Assembly: GCA_009914755.4 (NCBI GenBank)
Contig: CP086569.2
Coordinates: 14,432,001-14,496,000 of the forward strand
Direction: 5' to 3'
Length of the DNA: 64,000 nt
Source: the human T2T-CHM13v2.0 reference genome, Homo sapiens
Positions 1-16,665 of the stretch are shown here, in pieces. Made by a program: the position numbers and the translations under genes. The notes under the pieces are model-generated. The model had not been told where the DNA came from. It saw only the letters and a list, made by a program, of their open reading frames with translations, and did not search any database. Numbering within the stretch: position 1 is the first letter of the stretch; every line of letters starts with the position of its first letter.

Positions 1-66
1 GAAGGAAAGTTTAGAGAAAAAAGAATAAAAAGAAACAAGCAAAGCCTCCAAGAAATATGGGACTAT

Positions 67-627
67 GTGAAAAGACCAAATCTACGCCTGATTGGTGTAC
101 CTGAAAGTGATGTGGAGAATGGAACCAAGTTGGAAAACACTCTGCAGGATATTATCCAGGAGAACTTCCCCAATCTAGCAAGGCAGGCCAACGTTCAGAT
201 TCAGGAAATACAGAGAACACCACAAAGATACTCCTCGAGAAGAGCAACTCCAAGACACTTAATTGTCAGATTCACCAAAGTTGAAATGAAGGAAAAAATG
301 TTAAGGGCAGCCAGAGAGAAAGGTCGGGTTACCCTCAAAGGGAAGCCCATCAGACTGACAGCGGATCTCTCGGCAGAAACCCTACAAGCCAGAAGAGAGT
401 GGGGGCCAATATTCAACATTTTTAAAGAAAAGAATTTTCAACCCAGAATTTCATATCCAGCCAAACTAAGCTTCATAAGTGAAGGAGAAATTAAATACTT
501 TACAGACAAGCAAATGCTGAGAGATTTTGTCACCACCAGGCCTGCCCTAAAAGAGCTCCTGAAGGAAGCGCTAAACATGGAAACGAACAACCAGTACCAG
601 CTGCTGCAAAATCATGCCAAAATGTAA
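67..627 (+). CDS. L1 ORF1p, C-terminal portion (RRM/CTD). The frame is open from the window start. The N-terminus lies outside the window, so intactness cannot be judged.
   Basis: The 186-aa ORF has about 97% identity to the L1HS ORF1p C-terminus as I recall it. The in-frame upstream residues 'EGKFREKRIKRN' match ORF1p. Confidence 0.85.
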   Translation: MKRPNLRLIGVPESDVENGTKLENTLQDIIQENFPNLARQANVQIQEIQRTPQRYSSRRATPRHLIVRFTKVEMKEKMLRAAREKGRVTLKGKPIRLTADLSAETLQARREWGPIFNIFKEKNFQPRISYPAKLSFISEGEIKYFTDKQMLRDFVTTRPALKELLKEALNMETNNQYQLLQNHAKM

Positions 628-690
628 AGACCATCAAGACTAGGAAGAAACTGCATCAACTAACGAGCAAAAGAACCAGCTAACATCATA

Positions 691-4516
<3,826 letters not shown>

Positions 4517-4799
4517 GTGGGAATTGAACAATGAGATCACATGGACACAGGAAGGGGAACATCACACTCTGGGGACTGTTGTGGTGTGGGCGGAGGGGGG
4601 AGGGATAACATTGGGAGATATACCTAATGCTAGATTACGAGTTAATGGGTGCAGCGCACCAGCACGGCACATGTATACATATGTAACTAACCTGCACAAT
4701 GTGCACATGTACCCTAAAACTTAAAGTATAATAGTAAAAAAAAGAAAAAAAAAAAGAAATTAATCCACGTTTCCTATAATAAAATATTGGTTAAACAAT

Positions 4800-5420
4800 T
4801 TAAAAAAAAAGAAAAAAGGTCAACAATTTGGAAAACATATGTGAGTAAAATTTTTCTTAACCTTCCCAGAAAGATAGATAATCCAGATACAAGTAATCCA
4901 GAGAATGTCTGTCAGACACTATACCAAATGAATACCACTAGGGCATATAGTAGGTGGTCTAAGATCAATGCTACAGAAAAAAAATCTTGAAGCCATATAT
5001 AGAAAAACCTAATATCATATAAAAATGGAACCCTATCAAGCTATCAGTTCACTTCTCAATAGAAAAACTACAAGCCGGAAGAAATAGGGGGGGGGCCTAT
5101 TTTCAGAATTCTTAAAGCAAAGAAACTTCAGCCAATAGTCTCACACCCTGCCACTAAGCTCTATAAGTGATGGAGAAATAAAATGTTTTTCAGACAAGCA
5201 ATTGCTAAGAAAATTTATTATCACTAAACAGCCTTACAAGAATTCCTTAAGGGATTTCTAGACATAGAGACAAATAAATAATATCTGCTAGCACAAGCCA
5301 ACAAGAAGATACATATTCTAATACAATGCAAACTACAAAACAACCAGCCAACTTCAGTATAGGATCAATATCTCAACATTAACCTTGAAAGTAAATTCAA
5401 TATTCATAATATTACAATAT
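4800..5420 (+). mobile_element. Old L1 (L1M/L1PB-like) fragment, spanning the ORF1 C-terminus into the ORF2 start.
   Basis: The degenerate sequence resembles L1 ('agcaattgctaagaaaatttattatcactaaacagccttacaagaattccttaagg' is about LRDFVTTRPALKELLK, then 'atatctcaacattaaccttgaaagtaaat'). Boundaries are approximate. Confidence 0.5.
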
Positions 5421-5560
5421 GACTGTATATTGAAAATATTTTTTGAGAAGAAATTCAAGGTGGCTACAGAAATTTGCATAAATAGCTAAATGTTATCAGT
5501 ATTCATTTCAATATTATATCAATAAATATATTTTTTATTTTAATATTGTCATTTAAAAAA

Positions 5561-8500
5561 ATTATACTTTAAGGTCTGGGGTACATGTGCAGAATGCGCA
5601 GGTTTGTTACAGAGGTATACACGTGCCATGGTGGACCCATCAACCTATCATCTACATTAGATATTTCTCCTAATGCTATCCCTGCCCTTGCCGCGCATCC
5701 CCCAACAGGCCTCAGTGAGTGATGTTCCCCTCCCTGTGTCTATGTGTTCATATGGTTCAACTCCCACTTATGAGTGAGAACATGTGGGATATGGTTTTCT
5801 GTTCTTGTTGGTTTGCTGAGAATGATGGTTTCCAGCATCATCTGTGTCCCAGCAAAGGACGTGAACTCATCCTTTTTTCCTGGCTGCGTAGTCTTCCATG
5901 GTATATGTGTACCACATTTTCTTTATCTAGTCTATCGTTGATGGGCGTTTGGGTTGGTTCCATGACTTTGTTATTGTGAACAGTGCTGCAGTAAACATGC
6001 ATGTGCATGTGTCTTTATAGTAGAATGATTTATAATCCTTTGGGTATATACCCAGTAATGGAATTGCTGGGTCAAATAATATTTCTAGTTCTAGATCCCT
6101 GAGGAATTGCCACACTGTCTTCCACAATGGTTGAACTAATTTATACTCCCAACAAGGGTGTAAAAGCATTTCTATTTCTCCACATCCTCTCCAGCATCTG
6201 TTGTTTCCTCACTTTTTAATGAGTGCCATTCTAACTGGTATCTCACAATGAGATAGTATCTCATTGTGGTTTTGATTTGCATTTCTCTAATGACCAGTAA
6301 TGATGAGCTTTTTTTCATATATTTGTTGGCTGCATAAATGTCTTATTTTGAGAAGTGTCTGTTCATAGGGTTTGCCCACTTTTTGAGGGGGTTGTTTTTT
6401 TCTTATAAATCTGTTTAAGTTCTTTGTAGATTTGGATATTAGCCCTTTGTCAGATGGATAGATTGCAAAATTTTTCTCCCATTCTGCAGGTTGCATGTTC
6501 ACTCTGATAATAGTTTCTCTTGCTGTGCAGAAGCTCTTTAGTTCAATCAGATCCCATTTGTCTATTTTGGCTTTTGTTGCCATTGTTTGGGTGTTTTAGT
6601 CATGATGTCTTTGCCCATGCCAATATTGTGAATGGTGTTGCCTAGGTTTTCTTTTAGGGTTTTTACAGTTTTAGGCCTTACGCTTAAGTCATTAATCCAT
6701 CTTTAGTTAATTTTTGAATAAAGTGTAAGGCAGGGATTCAGTTTCAGCTTTCTGCATGTGGCTAGCCAGTTTTCCCAACACCATTTTTAAATAGGAAATC
6801 CTTTCCCTGTTGCTTGATTTCATCAGGTTTGTTAAGGATCAGATGGTTTTATATGTGTGGCTTTATATCTGAGGCCTCTGTTCTGTTCCATCAGTCTATA
6901 TATCTGTTTTAGTACCCATACCATGGTGTTTTTGTTATTGTAACTTTGTAGTATAGTTTGAAGTCAGGTAGTGTGATGCCTCCAGCTTTGTTCTTTCTGC
7001 TTAGTATTGTCTTGGCTATGCAGGCTCTTTATTGATTCCATATGCAATTTAGAGTAGATTTTTTCCAATTCTGCAAAGAAAACCAATGGTAGCTTGATTG
7101 AGATATGAAATTTATAAATTACCTTGGGCAGTATGGCCATTTTCACGATATTGATTCTTCTTACCCATGAGCATGAAATGTTTTTCCATTTCTTTCTGTC
7201 CTCTCTTATTTCCTTGCGCAGTGGTTTGTAGTTCACCTTGAAGAGGTCCTTCACATCCCTTGTAAGTTGTATTCCCAGGTTATATATTCTTTTTGTGGCA
7301 ATTGTGAATGGGAGTTCACTCATGATTTGACTCTCTGTTTTTCTGTTATTGGTGTATAGGAATGCTTGTGATTTTTGCACATGGATTTTGTATGAACTTG
7401 CTTATCAGCTTAAGGATATTTTGTGCTGAGACATTGGGGTTTTCTAAATATACAATCATGTCATCTCTAAGCAGAGACAATTTGACTTCCTCTTTTCCTA
7501 CTTGAATACCCTTTATTTCTTTCTCTTGCCTGATTGCCCTGGCCAGGGCTTCCAATACTATGTTAAATAGGAGTGGTGAGAGAGGGCATCCTTGTCTTGT
7601 GCCAGTTTTCAAAGGGAATGTTTCCAGGTTTTGCCCATTCAATATGATATTGGCTGTGGGTTTGTCATAAATAACTCTTATTCTTTTGAGGTACATTCCC
7701 TCAAGGCTTAGTTTATTGAGAGTTTTTAGTGTCAAGGGCTGTTGAATTTTGTGAAAGTCCTTTCTGCATCCATTGAGATAATCATGTGGTTTATGTCATT
7801 GGTTCTGTTTATGTGATGGATTATGTTTATTGATTTACATGTGTTGAACCAGCCTTGCATCCCAGGGATGAAGCTGACTTGATTGTGATGGATAAGCTTT
7901 TTGATGTGCTGCTAGATTCACTTTGCCAGTATTTTATTGAGGATTTTCACATCAATGTTCTTCAGGGATATTTGCCTGAAATTTTCTGTTTTTTATTGTG
8001 TTTCTGCCAGGTTTTGGTATCAGGATGATGCTGGCCTCATAAAATGAGGTAGGTAGGATTTCCTCACTTTCTATTTTTTGGAATAGATTCAGAAGGAATG
8101 GTACCAGCTCCTCTTTGTTCCTCTAGCAGAATTCAGCTGTGAATCTGTCTGCTCCTGGGCTTGTTTTGGTTGGCAGGCTATTAATTTCTGCCTCAATTTC
8201 AGAGCCTGTTATTGGTCTATTCAGGGATTTGACTTCTTTCTGGTTTAGTCTAGGCAGGGTGTATGTGTACATGAATTTATCCATTTCTTCTAGATTTTCT
8301 AGTTTATTTGCACAGAGATGTTTATAGTATTCTCTGGTGGTAGTTTGTATTTCTGTGGGATTGGAGCTGATATCCCCTTTATCATTTTTTATTGTATCTA
8401 TTTGATTCTTCTTCTCTTTTTTTCTTTATTAGTCTGGGTAGTGGTCTTTCTATTTTGTTAAAGTTTATAAAAAGCAGCTCCTGGATTCATCCATTTTTTG

Positions 8501-11500
8501 AAGGGTTTTTTGTCTCTGTCTCCTTCTGTTCTGCTCTGATCTTAGTTATTTCTTGTCTTCTGCTTGCTTTTGAATTTGTTTGCTCTTGCTTCTCTAGTTC
8601 TTTTAACTGTGATATTAGGGTGTTGATTTTAGATCTTTTCTGCTTTCTCTAGCGGGCATTTAGTGCTATAAAATTTCCCTCTTAACACTTCTTTAGCTGT
8701 GTCCCAGAGATTCTGGTACATTGTGTCTTTGTTCTCATTGGTTTTAAAGAACATCTTTATTTCTGCCTCCATTTCATTATTTAATCAGTAGTCATTCAGG
8801 AGCAGGTTCAGCTTCCATGTAGTGGTGGAGTTTTGAGAGAGTTTCTTGATCCTGAGTTCTAATTTGATTGCACTGTGGTCTGAGAAATTGTTTGTTGTAA
8901 TTTCCATTATTTTGCATTTGCTGAGGAGTGTTTTACTTTCAGTTATGTGGTCAATTTTAGAATAACTGGGATGTGGTGCTGAGAACAATATATATTCTGT
9001 TGATTTGGGGTGGAGAGTTCTATAGATATCTAGTGGGTCCACTAGGTCTAGAGCTGAGTTCAAATCCTGAATATCCTTGTTAATTTTCTGTCTCGTTGAT
9101 CTTTCTAATGTTGCCAGTGGGGTGTTACAGTCTCCCACTATTATTGTGTGGGAGTCTAAGTCTGTTTGTAGGTCTGTAAGAACTTGCTTCATGAATCTGG
9201 GTACTCCTGTATTTTGTGCATATATATTTAGGATAGTTAGCTCTTCTTGTTGCATTGATCTTTTTACCATTATATAGTGCACTTCTTTGTCTCTTTTGAC
9301 CTTTATTGGTTTAAAGTCTGTTTTATCAGAGACTAGAATTGCAACCACTCCATTTTTTTTTTTTTTGCTTGCCATTTGCTTGCTAAATCTTCCTCCATCC
9401 CTTTAGCCTATGTGTCTTTGCATGTGAGTTGGGTCTCCTGAATACAGTACACCAATGGGTCTTGACTCTTCATCCAATTTGCCAGTCTGTGTCTTTTAAT
9501 TGTGTCATTTAGCCCATTTACATTTAAGGTTAATATTGTTATGTGAGAACTTGATCCTGTCTTTATGACGTTAGCTGGTTATTTTGCTCATTAGTTTATG
9601 CAGTTTCTTCATAGTGTCAATCGCCTTGGCAATTTGGTATGTTTTTGCAGTGGCTGGTACAAGTTGTTCCTTTCCATGTTTAGTGCTTCCTTCAGGAGCT
9701 CTTGTAGGGCAGGGCTGGTGGTGACAAAATCTCTCAGCATTTTCTCATCTGTAAGGGATTTTATTTCTCCTTTGCTTATGAAGATTAGTTTGGTTGGATA
9801 TGAAATTCTGGGTTGAAAATTCTTTTCTGTAAGAATGTTGAATATCGGTCCCCACTCTCTTCTGGCTCATAAGGTTCTCTGCTGAGAAATTCGCTGTTAG
9901 TCTGATGGGGTTCCCTTTGTGGGTAACCTGACCTTTCTCTCTGGTTACCTTTAACATTTTTTCCCTCGATTTCAACCTTGGTGAATCTGATGATTATATG
10001 TCTTGAGGTTGCTCTTCTGGAGGAGTATCTTTGTGGTGTTGTCTGTATTTCCTGAATTTCAATGTTGGCCTGTCTTGGTAGGTTGGGGAACTTCTCCTGG
10101 ATAATATCCTAAAAAGTATTTTCCAGCTTGGTTCTATTTTTCCTGTCACTTTCAGGTACACCAATCAAATGTAGATGTAGTCTTTTCACATAGTCCTATA
10201 CTTCTTGGAGGCTTTCCTCATATCTTTCCACTCTTTTTTCTCTAATCTTGTTTTCCTATTGCATTTCATTTGGTTGATCTTCAATCTCATATATCCTTTC
10301 TTCCACTTAATCGACTCAGCTATGATACTTGTGTATGCTTCATGAAGTTCTTGTGCTGTGTTTTTCAGCTCCATCAGGTTATTTGTATTCTTCTCTAAAC
10401 CAGTTATTCTAGTTAGCAATTCATGTAACCTTTTTTTCAAGGTTCTTAGCTTCCTTGCACTGGGTTAGGACATGCTCCTTTAGCTCAGAGGCGTCTGTTA
10501 TTACCCACCTTCTGAAGCCTACTTCTGTCAATTCATCAAAGTCATTCTCCACCCCATTTTGGACCTTGCTGGTGAGGAGTTGTGACCCTTTGTAGGAGAA
10601 TAGGCATTCTGAATTTTCAGCGTTTTAGTGCTGGTTTCTCTCCATCTTCATGGATTTATCTACCTTTTGTCTTTAAAGTTGCTTACCTTCAGATGGGGTT
10701 TCTCAGTGGATGTCCTTTTTGTTGATGTTGCTACTATTCCTTTCTGTCTGTTAGTTTTCCTTCTAACAGTCAGGCCCCTCTGCTGTAGGTCTGCTAGAGT
10801 TTGCTGGAGGTCTGCCCCAGAACCTGTTTGCCTGGGTGTCACTGGCAGAGGCTGCAGAACAGCAAATATTGCTGCTTGCTTCTTCCTCTTGAAGCTTTGT
10901 CCCGGAAGGGCACCCACGAGATGCCAGCCAGAGCTCTCCTATATGAGGTGTCTGTCACCACCTACTAGGAGGTGTCACCTTGTCAGGATAAATGGGCATC
11001 ATGGACCCACTTGAGGAGGCAATCTATCCCTTATAGGAGCTCGAATGGCTGTGCTGCTAGATCTGGTGCTCTCTTCAGAGCTCTTAGGTAGGGTCATTTA
11101 AGTCTGCTGAAGCTGCGCTTAAAACCAACCCTTCCCCAAGGTGCTCTGTCCCAGGGAAGAGAAGGGCGGTGGGGGTTATATCTATAAGTCCCTAATGTGG
11201 CTGCTGCCTTTTTTTCACATGATGCCCTGCACAGAGAGGAGACAGTCTGGCCACTGTGGCCTTGCTGAATTGGGGTGGGTTCCACCCAGTTTGAAATTCC
11301 TGGTGACTTTGTTTACACTGTGAGGGTGAAACTGCCTACTTAAGCCTCATAGATGGATGATGCCCCTCCCCACACAATGTTCAAGCTTGGACTGCTGTTG
11401 TGCTGGCAGCAAGGATTTCAATCCAGTGGATCTTAGGCTGTTGGGCTCCATTGGGGTGGGACCTGCCGAGCTAGACTACTTGGCTCCCTGGCTTCAGCCC

Positions 11501-11968
11501 CCCTTGCAGGGGAGTGAAAGGTTCTGTCTTGCTGGCATTCCAGGCACTGATGGGGTATGAAAAAAAAAACTCCAGAACTAGCTTGATATCTCCCCAAATT
11601 GTCACCCAGTTTTGTGCTGGAAACCCAGGGACCTGGTGATATAGGCACTGAAAGGAATCTTCTGGTCTGCAGGTTCTGAAGACTATGGGGAAAGTGCAGT
11701 ATCTGGGCCAGAGTGCATGGTACAGTCCCTAATGGCTTCCCTTGGCTGGGAGAGGGAGTTCCCTGATCCCTTGTGCTTCCTGGGTGAGGTGACTTCCCAC
11801 CCTGCTTTGGCTCTCCCTGCTTGGGCTGCACCCACTGTCCAACCAGTCCTAGTGAGATGAACCAAGTACCTCAGCTGGAAATGCAGAAATTACCCACCTT
11901 CTGCATTGATCTCACTGGGAGCTGCAGACTGGAGATGTTTCTATTCGGTCATCTTGCCAGCAACCGCC
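5561..11968 (-). mobile_element. Full-length older L1PA-type LINE-1 of about 6.4 kb with a long 5'UTR of about 1.5 kb. ORF1 and ORF2 are degenerate.
   Basis: The reverse-complemented L1 3' end sits at 5561 ('attatactttaaggtctggggtacatgtgc'). Minus-strand ORFs translate as ORF2p (5927-6169, 6287-6583, 6964-7735, 8785-9375) and ORF1p (9745-9975, 10186-10440). The 5' terminus 'ggagatgtttctattcggtcatcttgccagc' is the reverse complement of the L1 5' start. The YY1 core motif is mutated. Confidence 0.9.
11357..11560 (+). other. Antisense ORF in the 5'UTR of the older L1, homologous to the primate L1 ORF0 region.
   Basis: The 67-aa ORF 'MMPLPTQCSSLDCCCAGSKDFNPVDLRLLGSIGVGPAELDY...' aligns with the ORF0 candidate of the young L1 at 39489-39704 ('SLISDCCASNQRDSVGVGPSEPGAGY'). 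A coding role is uncertain. Confidence 0.3.
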
Positions 11969-12599
11969 TATTATATCAAGACTGACCTGGAATGTAAATT
12001 ATCTTAATGTCACAGTTAAAAGGCACAAAGTGCCTAGTTGGATTAATAACACAAGACCTATTCACCTGCTATCTTCAAAAGAGCCATCTCACATGTAAAA
12101 TACCTATACACTAAAGGTAAAGGAATGGAGAGAGATCTATCATGCAAATGGAAAACAAAAGGCAGGGGTCACTCATCTTACAAGAGATAAAATAGACTTT
12201 AAGCCAACAACAGTAAAAAAGGACAAAGATGGGCACTAAATAATAATAAAGGGCTCAATCCAACAAGATGCCTTACTCATCCTAAATGTACACTGACACA
12301 ATATTGGAGCACCCAAATTTATTTAAAAAGTATGTCCTAACGTACAAAAGACTTAGGCACACAATGATAATGGGGGACTTCAACAGCCCACCAAAGTCTT
12401 AGACAGATCCTCAAGGTAGAAAACTAACAAATCTTAACCTTAAATAAAACACTTGTACATGATAGACATCTACAGGACACCTCCGCCATAAACAACAAGA
12501 TATACATTCTTTTCATTTGCAAATGAAACGTACTTAAAATTGGCCACACACTTGGCAATAAAGGAGGGCTCACTTCATTAAAAAAATAAAAATTATACC
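11969..12599 (+). mobile_element. Old L1 (L1PB/L1MA-like) ORF2 EN-domain fragment. The L1 at 5561-11968 inserted into it.
   Basis: Degenerate ORF2 EN sequence ('ccatctcacatgtaaaatacctatacactaaaggtaaaggaatggagagagatctatcatgcaaatggaaaacaaaag...'). It continues at 12976-13205 after the MaLR LTR. Confidence 0.7.
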
Positions 12600-12975
12600 T
12601 GTATTAGTCTGTTCTCATGCTACTAATAAAGACATACCTGAGACTAAATAATTTATAAAGGAAAGATGTTTAATTGACTCACAGTTCTGCATGGCTGGGG
12701 AGGCCTCAGGAAACTTGTAATCAAGGCAGAAGAGGAAGCAAGCATTTTCTTCTTTACATGACAGCAGGAAGATAAGCATGAGAGCTGAGTGAAGGGGGAA
12801 GCCCCTGGTAAAACCATCAGATCTCATAAGAACTTAGTCACTATCACAAGAGTAGCATGGGGGAAACTGCCCCCATGATTCAATTACCTTCATCATGTCC
12901 CTCCCACCACATATGGGGATTATGGGAACTACGATTCAAGATGAGATTTGGGTAGGGACACAGCCAAACCATAAC
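12600..12975 (-). mobile_element. MaLR LTR (THE1/MST-like), minus orientation.
   Basis: It matches the reverse complement of the THE1-type LTR consensus ('tgtattagtctgttctcatgctactaataaagacatacctgagact...cagttctgcatggctggggaggcctcag...cccccatgattcaattacc...gggacacagccaaaccata'). Confidence 0.8.
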
Positions 12976-13261
12976 TATGCCAAACATAGTTTTGACAATA
13001 GTAAAAATAGGAGTCAATAGCATGAAGACCCTTCAAAACCATATAATTACATGGATATTAAACAACGTTCTACTGAAGGGCTTTTGGATTAAAAAATGCA
13101 GAAATCAAATAATTCTTTGAAATAAAACAGAAACACAGAATACTAAAATCACTGGAATTCAGTTGAAGCAGTGTTAAGAGGACACTTGTCTACATTGAGT
13201 TTGGAGGAGGAATCAGGCAAGATGGCTGACTAGATGCAACCACGTGAAATGGCTGCCTGAT

Positions 13262-13556
13262 ACCGGAACCTCTGGTGTGAGGTAACTGAATCACAGGGGG
13301 CAGTTTCCCCTATGCTATTCTTATGATAATGAGTTCTCATAAGATCTGACAGTTTTATTTGGTGGCTTCCCCATTTGCTCAGCTCTCATACTTCTTTTGT
13401 TGCTGCCATGTGAAGAAGGACGTGTTTGCTTCCCCTTCTGCAATGATTGTAAGATTACTGAGGCTTCCTCAACCATGCTGAACTGTGAGTCAATTAAACC
13501 TTTTTCTTTTATAAATTATCCAAGCTGAGGTATGTCTTTATTAGCATTCAAGCACT
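13262..13556 (+). mobile_element. MaLR LTR (THE1/MST-like) 3' part, plus orientation, inverted relative to the 12600-12975 copy.
   Basis: 'ttcttatgataatgagttctcataagatctgacagttttat...ccatgctgaactgtgagtcaattaaacctttttcttttataaattatccaagctgaggtatgtctttattagcat' matches the THE1-type LTR 3' end. Confidence 0.75.
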
Positions 13557-16209
<2,653 letters not shown>

Positions 16210-16665
16210 CCAATGATATGCTGTCTTCTTTTTATTATTATTATTATTATTATTATACTTTAATTTTAGGGTACATGTGCACAATGTGCAGGTTAGTTAC
16301 ATATGTATACATGTGCCATGCTGGTGCGCTGCACCCACTAACTCGTCATCCAGCATTAGGTATATCTCCCAGTGCTATCCCTCCCCCACTTCCCACCCCA
16401 TAACAGTCCCCAGAGTGTGATGTTCCCCTTCTTGTGTCCATGTGTTCTCATTGTGCAATTCCCACCTATGAGTGAGAATATGCGGTGTTTGGTTTTTTGT
16501 TCTTGAGATAGTTTACTGAGAATGATGATTTCCAATTTCATCCATGTCCCTACAAAGGACATGAACTCATCATTTTTTATGGCTGCATAGTATTCCATGG
16601 TGTATATGTGCCACATTTTCTTAATCCAGTCTATCATTGTTGGACATTTGGGTTGGTTCCAAGTC
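16210..16665 (-). mobile_element. Young L1PA 3'-end fragment (about 450 bp, 5'-truncated insertion). Its tail has mutated into (ATT)n.
   Basis: The reverse-complement L1 3'UTR ('actttaattttagggtacatgtgcacaatgtgcaggttagttacatatgtatacatgtgccatgctggtg') and ORF2 C-terminus (minus ORF 16356-16637 '[28 protein letters not shown]'). The flanking TSD is about 'atgctgtcttc' (16218-16228 and 16667-16679). The older L1 ORF2 reads through on both sides. Confidence 0.9.
16229..16258. repeat. (ATT)n microsatellite, derived from the L1 poly-T/A tail.
   Basis: 'tttttattattattattattattattatac'. Confidence 0.9.

Noticed and set aside
10628-11014. A 128-aa plus-strand ORF (and similar ORFs at 39038-39253 and 39730-39942) as novel small proteins.
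   Set aside because: They lie antisense within GC-rich L1 5'UTRs, where random ORFs are frequent. Only the 71-codon ORF at 39489-39704 matches the expected ORF0 position and length, and it is reported separately. The others show no conservation argument I can make.
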